IMG/VR virus record: IMGVR_UViG_3300043410_001242
Strand: one strand, 5' to 3'
Origin: a virus
DNA: 64,000 nt
The notes beneath the pieces are model-generated. The model was not told where the DNA came from. It made no database searches and saw only the letters and a program-made list of their open reading frames with translations. This document shows positions 55,820 to 64,000 of the stretch, in pieces (within the stretch, counting starts at the first letter, position 1; every line of letters starts with the position of its first letter). The translations under genes were made by a program, and so were the position numbers.

Positions 55820-56562
55820 AAATCTACTTAAGTTGTACTGCAAATCTTGGAGACTTTCTTAATGCAATGCCCGTTTTATCGGGCATTCACAACTCTTATG
55901 GTAAATTTGAATTCATCATAAGAAATGAAATGAAGAAGTTTAATGGTATTAAACATTTCTTATCACATCAACAATTATTCACTGATGTTTTTTATGATGA
56001 TGAAGTCATTCTGTATGGAGAACAACCATTATACTTATCATCATGGACAAGAGAGGATAGAAATTCAGATATTAGACCTGTAGAAACTTGTCGATATGAA
56101 AATTGGATAAGAGACAACTACAATTTAAACTTCGAAGTTGATGATAACTTCACTCTGAAATTACCAGAGGTTGAAATTGAATTTAATAATGATCGATATA
56201 TCTTGGGTGACAGGTGGGATGAGACATTAGATCCAAGTGTCGATTCAAGACGAAAGACCAGAGTTCTTGAGGACAGTGGTAAATTCGATAATAATGAAGT
56301 TCATTATCTTGACTACAACCAAGATTTGTGTTATAATGTTAATATCATAAAATTCAGTGAAAAACCATTCATAACTACATTTACTGGCATCGGTATTTTG
56401 TCCGATCTTCTAGGAAAAGAAACTTATGTCTTGTGGGATGATGACATGGAGTTCTGGGATGGAAGACCAGTTCAATATGACTTTGAACGACACTATTATG
56501 CCGACAGGAAAAGTAAGTTGAGATATATAAAAGATTTTAATTTGGGAGAACTAAATGATTGA
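55816..56562 (+). CDS. GT-B/GT9-like glycosyltransferase
   Basis: NLGDFLNAMPVL N-term; cluster context. Confidence 0.5.
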   Translation: MKIYLSCTANLGDFLNAMPVLSGIHNSYGKFEFIIRNEMKKFNGIKHFLSHQQLFTDVFYDDEVILYGEQPLYLSSWTREDRNSDIRPVETCRYENWIRDNYNLNFEVDDNFTLKLPEVEIEFNNDRYILGDRWDETLDPSVDSRRKTRVLEDSGKFDNNEVHYLDYNQDLCYNVNIIKFSEKPFITTFTGIGILSDLLGKETYVLWDDDMEFWDGRPVQYDFERHYYADRKSKLRYIKDFNLGELND

Positions 56563-57085
56563 CTTTGAAAAAGACTATCAGACAGCATTAAGAACAACTA
56601 CTGATATTAATGAACATTTACCAGTTTTATCTGATCTTGCATCAAAATGCAGTCATGTGACCGAACTTGGTGTTGGTTGGGCTCAAAGTACCAGAGCATT
56701 TCTGAGAAACGATGTTGTGTTACACAGTTATGAATATATGCCACAACCTGGTATCGAACAATATTTCGAAGAATGCAAAAAGTCGGGCCGTAATGTAACT
56801 CTTCATGTTGCAGATACTCGTCTTGTTGAAATTGAACCAACCGATATGATGTTGGTTGATAGTCTTCATGTTTACGAACAGGTTAAAGAAGAATTGCGTT
56901 TACACGCGGATAAAGTGAAGAAGTTTATTGTCTTTCACGATACTACAACTTTTGAATCTGTTGGTGAATTTGGTGGTAAAGGCATTTGGCCAGCAGTTCA
57001 AGAATTTCTTGAAGATCATCCAGAGTGGCAGATTAAAGAACGTAGAACTAATAACAATGGTTTGACGGTTTTACATCGTGTCTAA
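56555..57085 (+). CDS. Class I SAM methyltransferase (Methyltransf_24-like)
   Basis: TELGVG, VDSLHVYE, FHDT, NNGLTVL; paralog of the C-terminal domain of 4677-5966. Confidence 0.75.
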   Translation: MIDFEKDYQTALRTTTDINEHLPVLSDLASKCSHVTELGVGWAQSTRAFLRNDVVLHSYEYMPQPGIEQYFEECKKSGRNVTLHVADTRLVEIEPTDMMLVDSLHVYEQVKEELRLHADKVKKFIVFHDTTTFESVGEFGGKGIWPAVQEFLEDHPEWQIKERRTNNNGLTVLHRV

Positions 57086-57812
57086 AATTTCATTTTGGCA
57101 TTGTGCATCTATTCGTAAAAATGCCACTGAACAAGTAATCTCAAATATAAGACAGTACCATCCAGACAGTTATTACTTTTTGTGTGTTGATGCAACAGAA
57201 AGTTATGAAAAGATGGCTGACAAGTATCAATGTGATTACTTGTATTGCAATGAAAAATTAGGTTATCCTGATGCATCATATGGTTATGATTTGAATAGGG
57301 TTTTGGAATTCTTGCGAAGATTCCATATAGCATGCATTCGTTGTAAAACTGATCATATAATGATGGTAGAAGATGATGTTTGGCTGTTAAATCCAGTAAC
57401 AATTAATACTGATTGGGAAATGGCATGTCATCATATCACACATGGTAATGTAATACCTGATAGTGTTATAGGTATGATACAACAATATTCGGGTAAAATG
57501 CCTTTGACAAAACATTATTGTGGTGCTGGTGGATCAATCTTCAATGTCAAAACGTTTGTAGACAACTATGACAACATAATCAAGTTCTTTAAAGACAATT
57601 TTGATCATATACAAAAAGAATTATATCCAACTATAGGCTGGATTGATTGTTTTATGGTTGTTTATTTTTATCTTTGTGGTAAGGACTTGTCAGTTAATAA
57701 TAATCTGGTTGATACACACAACCATGCACCAGGTTTTGATTATGAATCTTTTGTAACTGGTTTGCCTTCTAATATTGAAATCGTTAATAATTATAAGAAG
57801 TTTTATTGGTGA
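57078..57812 (+). CDS. Glycosyltransferase-like (GT-A)
   Basis: MMVEDDV DxD-like motif; cluster context. Confidence 0.5.
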   Translation: MSKISFWHCASIRKNATEQVISNIRQYHPDSYYFLCVDATESYEKMADKYQCDYLYCNEKLGYPDASYGYDLNRVLEFLRRFHIACIRCKTDHIMMVEDDVWLLNPVTINTDWEMACHHITHGNVIPDSVIGMIQQYSGKMPLTKHYCGAGGSIFNVKTFVDNYDNIIKFFKDNFDHIQKELYPTIGWIDCFMVVYFYLCGKDLSVNNNLVDTHNHAPGFDYESFVTGLPSNIEIVNNYKKFYW

Positions 57813-57815
57813 TAT

Positions 57816-58517
57816 ATGTCTGATGTGATTAATATTCCGTTTGGTACTTTTGGCCAAACTATTAGAAATGGTGATATGATAGGTATTGCAAATGTAGTTC
57901 AATATCTAAGAAAAGACAATAAACAACTAAAGTTTTATATTCAGAGAAACAATATACAACAAACTGATTACTGTTTAAAGTTCTATGACTTTTTGTGTGA
58001 AAACACAAGTTACTTCTCTACAGTTCCTGGAGATAAAGACTTATCTTGGAAGAATGTCAATGTTTGGGATTTTAGAGACATATCCGGTGATCAGGTTTCC
58101 ATACGAAACAAAAAAGAAATAGAAAACAAAATTGTTGTTTTTCCTGTTCTTGACGCACCATATAATACATATAGAAATTGGCCTAAAGACTTGTTGCAAA
58201 GCATCTTAAAAGAAAGTTCAACTTTCTATGAAAAAAAGATACTGTGTGTCAAAGAACAAATTGATAATTTGGATCTGCATGGATTTGAAATCAGTACAGA
58301 CTTTATGACTAACATAGAACACATAATGACTTGTCATACGTTTGTTGGAGGTGATACTGGCACATCACATTTCGCATCTGCATTGAATAGAGGCCCAATA
58401 GATCTGGTATATTACTACTCAAGTCGAGGATTGATACACACTATGCCATTTTACTTATTGGATGGTAAAGGAACAATAAAAACATATTGGGGAAATTTTG
58501 AAGGCACGACTTGGTAA
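57816..58517 (+). CDS. GT9-like glycosyltransferase
   Basis: RNGDMI, RNWP, FVGGDTGTSHFASAL. Confidence 0.6.
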   Translation: MSDVINIPFGTFGQTIRNGDMIGIANVVQYLRKDNKQLKFYIQRNNIQQTDYCLKFYDFLCENTSYFSTVPGDKDLSWKNVNVWDFRDISGDQVSIRNKKEIENKIVVFPVLDAPYNTYRNWPKDLLQSILKESSTFYEKKILCVKEQIDNLDLHGFEISTDFMTNIEHIMTCHTFVGGDTGTSHFASALNRGPIDLVYYYSSRGLIHTMPFYLLDGKGTIKTYWGNFEGTTW

Positions 58518-58520
58518 TAT

Positions 58521-58528
58521 TATAAATA
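58521..58528 (+). promoter_or_regulatory. T4-type late promoter TATAAATA
   Basis: Exact consensus upstream of the 58567 gene. Confidence 0.75.
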
Positions 58529-58566
58529 CCTACATGTCAACCACAGTGTGTTGTAGAAGGTAATAC

Positions 58567-60381
58567 ATGAAATCATTTTCTTATTATTTGCAAGAGTCTG
58601 TTTATGATAATCTTGGAGGTTCAAGAGGTCATTACAGACATCCAGAAGAACTCTTTTTAGATCATGGCAAAGAGGGTGCAGTAGCTGCACACAAATTGTT
58701 ACATGATACCGCACACAATAGACATCCTCTACAAAAGAAGGGTGACGGTTCTCTTGCTTTCCATATATTGACAAACGTTCAAGGAAAGAAAGGCGTAGCA
58801 ACCAAATCTATTGATAATAAAGAACCAAAGATTAATTATACACATGACGATATTGAAAGAAATCACGGCCATGCTCCAGGATTAGCACAGAAATTACACG
58901 CATTGCTTGATAATGCGGATAAAATCTCTGGAAGCAATAGACACATATCAGGTGAATTTTTATTTACTCCAGATGAAGTAGAACATAAAGATGGGCAAGC
59001 ATCATTTAAACCAAACACAATCAAAAATATGGTTGGTGATGACGCTGAGGCACAAAGAATCAAAAATGCCAAGGTCGGAGTGGCAATGCACTCAGCATTC
59101 GACAATAAAGGATCAAGAAAACCGCTTGAACCGGGGGATGTTCGCGAGCATCCAGACGTTTATAACATGGATCTTTCGGCGCCAAAAATAAACAAGACGC
59201 CTGAAACTTCTAAACATCTGAAGAACCTTTCTGACACCATCAGAAGAACTCCATCTCAGGCTTTTGATTATGTTAGTCAGCCACATATAAGAGATCACTT
59301 TAAAACCTATATCAATAAGACCGTGCGTGATGGATCATCACCAAATACTGATGACTTCATAAAACACATCTCAGACACTCATCAAAAACTTATTGATAAG
59401 GTAAAAACTGATAAGGCAAAAGAACAGAAGATGGCGGCAAGAAATTCCGAACTTGCTGACGTAACTCAAAATAAGAAACATCTCGATCATGCCTTTAAAG
59501 TGCATCATGCAACTGTTGCTGCTAAAGATCATCTTGTTGATTTAATTAATAAACATGATTCTACCAGTAAAGTTACGCACCACCTAGAAAATGGAGACGG
59601 AACATATCGCCAAACAGGTGCTGAGGGTTGGACATTCGATTCACCACAACACTCGACTATCAATACGTTGAAACTTGTTAATCGTGGTGATTTTAGTAGA
59701 AACAATTTCAACCTAAATTCTCGTTTTAGAAAGCCTGTTAATGAATCTCTTTGGGTACATACACTTAATGAATCATTAACCAATTATAACCCTCAAAGCA
59801 ACCATGCTGTCTTGACTTTCGGTCGATTCTCACCTCCACACAAAGAACATAGTCACTTAGTTGATGCTGTGGTTGATCACGCAAATGAAATTGGCGGAGA
59901 CCCTCATGTTTTTGTTAGTCACTCACACGATAAAGATAAAAATCCATTAACTGGAAACGAAAAAGTTGCAATTTTAAGAACATCTCATCCAGAATATAGA
60001 CACATTTTTCATACATCTTCAAAACAGTCACCCAGTATATTCCACGCTCTTGCCAACCTACATGCAAAGGGATACAAACATGCAACAGTTGTGTTGGGTG
60101 ATGACCGTGTTGAGGAAATGAGAAACAGTCTGCACTCTTACAATGGTCAGTTTGATAAACACGGTAGAGGTTATAAATTTGACTCTATCAACGTTATGAC
60201 TAGACATGATCAAAATAATATGAGAGACGCATCTGGACGTGACGGTGTTCATGCCTCAGACGTTAGAAAAGCAGCCAGAGAAGGCGACATTGAACTGGTT
60301 AAATCACAATTACATCCCAATTTAAGTATGGGTATGGTCAGATCAATCGTAAATAGAATTCAACAGAGGACAAAAAAGTAA
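58567..60381 (+). CDS. His-rich fusion: ligase-like nucleotidyltransferase domain plus HIGH-family (cytidylyl/NMN-adenylyl) transferase domain
   Basis: KGDGS, SGEFLF, AEGWTF and LKLV motifs; TFGRFSPPHKEH, NPL, GDDR, ASDVR. Confidence 0.6.
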   Translation: MKSFSYYLQESVYDNLGGSRGHYRHPEELFLDHGKEGAVAAHKLLHDTAHNRHPLQKKGDGSLAFHILTNVQGKKGVATKSIDNKEPKINYTHDDIERNHGHAPGLAQKLHALLDNADKISGSNRHISGEFLFTPDEVEHKDGQASFKPNTIKNMVGDDAEAQRIKNAKVGVAMHSAFDNKGSRKPLEPGDVREHPDVYNMDLSAPKINKTPETSKHLKNLSDTIRRTPSQAFDYVSQPHIRDHFKTYINKTVRDGSSPNTDDFIKHISDTHQKLIDKVKTDKAKEQKMAARNSELADVTQNKKHLDHAFKVHHATVAAKDHLVDLINKHDSTSKVTHHLENGDGTYRQTGAEGWTFDSPQHSTINTLKLVNRGDFSRNNFNLNSRFRKPVNESLWVHTLNESLTNYNPQSNHAVLTFGRFSPPHKEHSHLVDAVVDHANEIGGDPHVFVSHSHDKDKNPLTGNEKVAILRTSHPEYRHIFHTSSKQSPSIFHALANLHAKGYKHATVVLGDDRVEEMRNSLHSYNGQFDKHGRGYKFDSINVMTRHDQNNMRDASGRDGVHASDVRKAAREGDIELVKSQLHPNLSMGMVRSIVNRIQQRTKK

Positions 60382-60385
60382 TAAA

Positions 60386-61507
60386 ATGAAAGACTTAAAG
60401 AATTTTCTTGGTCAAATTTCACGATACAAAAAGAAGAGTGAAATATTTGGTGAAAACAAGGCTATTTTTGTGACTGGTGTGCCTGGTTCTGGAAAAGATG
60501 TGATTATTAGAGAGATACTCTCGCATGTTGATATAACAGAAATAAACCATCTACAGGCCTACAACTATCTTCAGGATAAGAAAAGACTGAATGAGAAAAG
60601 CAACGACTATCGTAGAGAATCATTCAGAAATCACTTTCCAATAATCATTAATGCTCCAGCTGACGATTTTGATAAAATTAATTATATCAAAGAAGAACTG
60701 GAGAAATTGGGATATTCATCCTTAATGGTTTTTGTTAATACCACCAATTCGGTCAGTAAAGAACGAAATGAAAACTTATCTAGGATGATGATAGAAGCTG
60801 TCAGACATAATAGATGGTCTTTATCGCAAAATAATAAATCAGTCTATAAGGACATATTTGAAAATTTCATACAAATTGATAACAATGACACTCTAGAAGA
60901 GATACAAGAAGAAATTCAATTTGTATACAAGAAAATTAATAAATATCTTGTTTCCGAGTCAAAACCGTCCATTATTAAACTTAATCCGGAATTAACGGCT
61001 GACGGTCCTGCTGATGTAACACCAGATAATCGTCCTGGTGAATCCAAACACGGTGATGATATTAAAGGTGATACACCGGCGAGAAAGAATCCGAATAAGT
61101 CATATATCTTCAAAACATATAGTGAAGATGCAAAATTGGTTGTGTTCCCAGAACCTAAAAAGAGCAATTTCTCGAAAGACAAAGAATCTAAAAAGAAAGA
61201 TACCACATCTCCAAACGTAAATCAAAGATTGAGAAACACAAGTGGTATAAGCCCAGAATTTGATACACGACAGCAGGGTACTGTATATCCCATGTCCGGT
61301 CTTGGTGATGTTACTTATAGAGAAAGCAGAGACTTCAAAGGCTTTAGAAATAAATTAAAAGAAGCAATTGATGATCCTGGTGCAGTAGATATGGGAGTTG
61401 GTGGAACACTAAATGGTGCCACTAATAAAGAACCTATGCAGTCTTATAAAGATCAAGAAAGAAACATTGGTATTAAAATAAAGAAAAAAGGAAACAAAAA
61501 TGTTTAA
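60386..61507 (+). CDS. P-loop kinase (zeta/Pnk-kinase-like) with low-complexity tail
   Basis: AIFVTGVPGSGKD, LGY..LMVFVNT....S.ERN. Confidence 0.6.
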   Translation: MKDLKNFLGQISRYKKKSEIFGENKAIFVTGVPGSGKDVIIREILSHVDITEINHLQAYNYLQDKKRLNEKSNDYRRESFRNHFPIIINAPADDFDKINYIKEELEKLGYSSLMVFVNTTNSVSKERNENLSRMMIEAVRHNRWSLSQNNKSVYKDIFENFIQIDNNDTLEEIQEEIQFVYKKINKYLVSESKPSIIKLNPELTADGPADVTPDNRPGESKHGDDIKGDTPARKNPNKSYIFKTYSEDAKLVVFPEPKKSNFSKDKESKKKDTTSPNVNQRLRNTSGISPEFDTRQQGTVYPMSGLGDVTYRESRDFKGFRNKLKEAIDDPGAVDMGVGGTLNGATNKEPMQSYKDQERNIGIKIKKKGNKNV

Positions 61508-62954
61508 CAACAAATTTACTAAGAAAGACCCGATTGCGGATGCAGCACTGAAGGTTATGGAATCATGGGACGATGATGAAGATGATGATGTAAAACGTGC
61601 AGATGCAGAACTCGCGAGAATGAAGGCCAAGCCAATTGAAGCAGACAAGAAGACTGATCCAGATAAGGAAATTTCTAAGTTAGCAAAGAAGACTCCAAAG
61701 GAAGTTGATGAAGCAGTAAGTGCAAAGAGTGCTATTAGTGATATACAGAAAACACTTAATAATCCTAAAGAATATGCAAAAATTAAGGGAGAACCTAAGA
61801 AGTGGACTGGTCCTAAAAAAGGAGACTATGGATATCCACATGCCTCTGGTCATGGATATGGTTCTAAAAAAGAAGAAACCGAAGTCAATGAAGACAAATG
61901 GACAGATATTGCTGACGGTCCTTGGAAGAAATCTAAACTTAAAACTACACAACAACGTGCTAGTGCTGCCGCTAATGCTGCTGGTAAAGGACTGAAAGGT
62001 GCTCAACATAAACTTGATGTTGCTAAACCAAAGGGTAAACTTACTGCTGCTGATTTCAAGGAACTTCGTAAGGAAGAATCGGAACAGATTGATGAATTGT
62101 CCACAAATACTTTAAATTCATATTCAAAAAAAGCTTCAAATGACTTAGATTCATCTTCTTTTTATCGATATGATTCTAAAGTTCCAGGTGCTAAATCTTT
62201 AAATGCGAAAAAGGATCACACTGAAAAGAAAAGAGAGTCTGGAATTAATAGAGCAGATAATATTATCAAGAAACGCGAAAACGCGGAAAAATCTAAATCA
62301 GTATTAAATAAATTTAAATCAAAATTAGGTTTTAAAGAAGAAGTAGAAATTCAAGAAAAGACTCTGACTCCTGCTGAATCTAAGAAGAAAGAAGAAATTG
62401 TAAAGTCTATGAAGAAGGGTGCAAAAGGTTTCAAGGAAAGATATGGTAAGAGAGCAAAGGAAGTAATGTATGCAACTGCTACTAAACAAGCAAAGAAAGT
62501 TGCTGAAGAAATCGAATCTGTAGATGAGAAAGTTAAGGTTAAGGTATCAACCGACAAACCAATCGGTTATAAAGTTTCTGATATTGGCCCTGGCAAAAAG
62601 GAATATAATGTAAAGACTGATAAGGCTTGGGATGACGCACAGAAGAAAAAGAAAAATGTTTCTGAATCACAAGGTCCAACAACTACGTATTCTTCTGATA
62701 CATTTGTTCAGAATGCAAATACAAGTAGTAATCCTTCACCTCTTTCTAGAGCAAAAGAACTGGCACGTTCAGCAATGTCTAGAATGAAAAATGAGATGTT
62801 GGGAAAAGCTGGAGCAACTTCAGAAGAAATTGATCCAAATGTAAGATCTACTGATACTCTAAAGGGTAGAGTTGCAGGCGGCAAAAAGGATGTTGTCGGA
62901 CCAGGTTCAGACGGAAAATCAACAAAGGTGAAATACACTCCAGGACCAAAGTAA
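61500..62954 (+). CDS. Lys/Glu-rich probable internal head protein
   Basis: Low complexity with repeated hydrophobic-x-E motifs (VDE, VNE, IDE, IQE, VSE). Confidence 0.5.
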   Translation: MFNNKFTKKDPIADAALKVMESWDDDEDDDVKRADAELARMKAKPIEADKKTDPDKEISKLAKKTPKEVDEAVSAKSAISDIQKTLNNPKEYAKIKGEPKKWTGPKKGDYGYPHASGHGYGSKKEETEVNEDKWTDIADGPWKKSKLKTTQQRASAAANAAGKGLKGAQHKLDVAKPKGKLTAADFKELRKEESEQIDELSTNTLNSYSKKASNDLDSSSFYRYDSKVPGAKSLNAKKDHTEKKRESGINRADNIIKKRENAEKSKSVLNKFKSKLGFKEEVEIQEKTLTPAESKKKEEIVKSMKKGAKGFKERYGKRAKEVMYATATKQAKKVAEEIESVDEKVKVKVSTDKPIGYKVSDIGPGKKEYNVKTDKAWDDAQKKKKNVSESQGPTTTYSSDTFVQNANTSSNPSPLSRAKELARSAMSRMKNEMLGKAGATSEEIDPNVRSTDTLKGRVAGGKKDVVGPGSDGKSTKVKYTPGPK

Positions 62955-64000
62955 TGGATAAATCAGCTGAAAAACTAAAATCACTGATTAAAGGAAAAGT
63001 CAAGGACCGTCCCACTTTTGGGACGGATCCTAACGATCCATGGTCAGTTAAATCAAATGTCAATGAATCTGGTGAACTTGACAAATACTTGAAATACAAA
63101 GGTATTGATCCTACACGTTTAAGCAGAGAAGCTAAATTATCTCATGCGAAAAGTAGTTTATTTTCAAAATGGAAATCCGACCGCAAATTCAACGAAGAAA
63201 CTGTCATATCTGAAGATGAACTTCTTAATGCATATCTGAAAACGAAAGGTTTGAATCCAAAGACTGCAAGTAAAATTTCTAAAATCTCAGCTTCGAAGAC
63301 TGGTGATTTTGAGAAGTGGAAGAGAGATCATGCTAGGGGTGGTAGACTTCCTGTTCCACCAAAAACAGAACAAGTTACATACCAAAGTTCTCCCACACTA
63401 AAAAGACAGAGAGTGCTGGATAGAGCCTTTAAGAAATCAAGACCAATTCGTATAGCTGGACCAGATATGCATAAAAATCTGCATAAAGGTACCACACATT
63501 TTGAAGAGGTTGATAAAAAAGATACCATCACAATGGATATTCCATTGTTAATTCGTATGCTTGAGTTATCCCGCGAAGACATTAAAACTGATGCCGAGTT
63601 GCACAGAGTTGTTGAGAAACTTATAGAAATCAGAAACAAGGGAACTCTGACCATGGATGACTATGAGTTTGTTTCTAAACTAAAAGAATCTTTACAATTG
63701 GAAGATGTATATCAAGATTCATTTGCAGCTACTCAGACTACAGGTCCAGAGATAATGAATTCTGATGACACCAGTAAGAATGCTTCAGACTCTATTTCTA
63801 GAAAAGCGAAGTTAATTAAGAGTATAGTCAAGAAAGGTGTTGTTAAAGAAGACCTTTATGATCATGAGAAAGAAGATAAGTCCGTTTCGACTCCAGGAAA
63901 ACCAAAAGTGGTAAAAGACATAAATCGTCCTTTAGCTGCGGCTGTAGTTACTGGTGGAAAAACTTTAACAGGTCAAGGCAGAGATGATATCGAATTGGAT
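62954..64000 (+). CDS. Hypothetical protein, runs off the window end (not in track)
   Basis: TAATG coupling; frame open to 64000 (MDKSAEKLKSL...); internal repeat L..YLK.KG..P...S...K....K...F.KWK.D. Confidence 0.65.
   Translation, partial: MDKSAEKLKSLIKGKVKDRPTFGTDPNDPWSVKSNVNESGELDKYLKYKGIDPTRLSREAKLSHAKSSLFSKWKSDRKFNEETVISEDELLNAYLKTKGLNPKTASKISKISASKTGDFEKWKRDHARGGRLPVPPKTEQVTYQSSPTLKRQRVLDRAFKKSRPIRIAGPDMHKNLHKGTTHFEEVDKKDTITMDIPLLIRMLELSREDIKTDAELHRVVEKLIEIRNKGTLTMDDYEFVSKLKESLQLEDVYQDSFAATQTTGPEIMNSDDTSKNASDSISRKAKLIKSIVKKGVVKEDLYDHEKEDKSVSTPGKPKVVKDINRPLAAAVVTGGKTLTGQGRDDIELD

Noticed and set aside
548-63654. Numerous minus-strand ORFs in the track
   Set aside because: They lie antisense to well-supported + strand genes or tRNAs and show no recognisable motifs.

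Overview
This window is 64 kb of an AT-rich, lytic T4-like (Tevenvirus-supergroup) myophage genome. Essentially all genes are on the + strand. Order: two tail-fibre-like genes; a glycosyl/methyl/sulfotransferase cluster; the conserved T4 virion block (gp13-gp23, gp3) with an HNH endonuclease between gp16 and gp17; uvsY/uvsW, gp55, gp47/46 and peptide deformylase; a DUF4338/ParB/dNTP-diphosphohydrolase block; gp45/44/62, regA, hsp20 and dCMP deaminase; a ~6.4-kb array of 34 tRNA or tRNA-like genes covering all 20 amino acids; groES, gp43, uvsX and gp41; a second DUF4338 paralog; a second glycosyltransferase cluster; and late genes for probable head-packaged proteins. The most striking signal is absent from the ORF track. 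A 42-codon leader ORF (38100-38228) precedes the tRNA array, contains all 20 amino acids, and has 36 consecutive codons with no repeat. Its 3' end carries an anti-terminator strand that competes with an intrinsic terminator just upstream of the first tRNA. This looks like a 'pan-codon' ribosome-stalling attenuator that switches on the phage tRNA set when any tRNA becomes limiting. Other notable items are CCA-ending non-tRNA RNAs in the array, a tRNA-like RNA with two Ile-type anticodon loops, a mini-ORF copying a gp23 motif, a ROSE-like thermometer before hsp20, and a putatively injected ligase-like/nucleotidyltransferase/kinase set. All assignments come from motif and synteny recognition by eye; no database searches were run.
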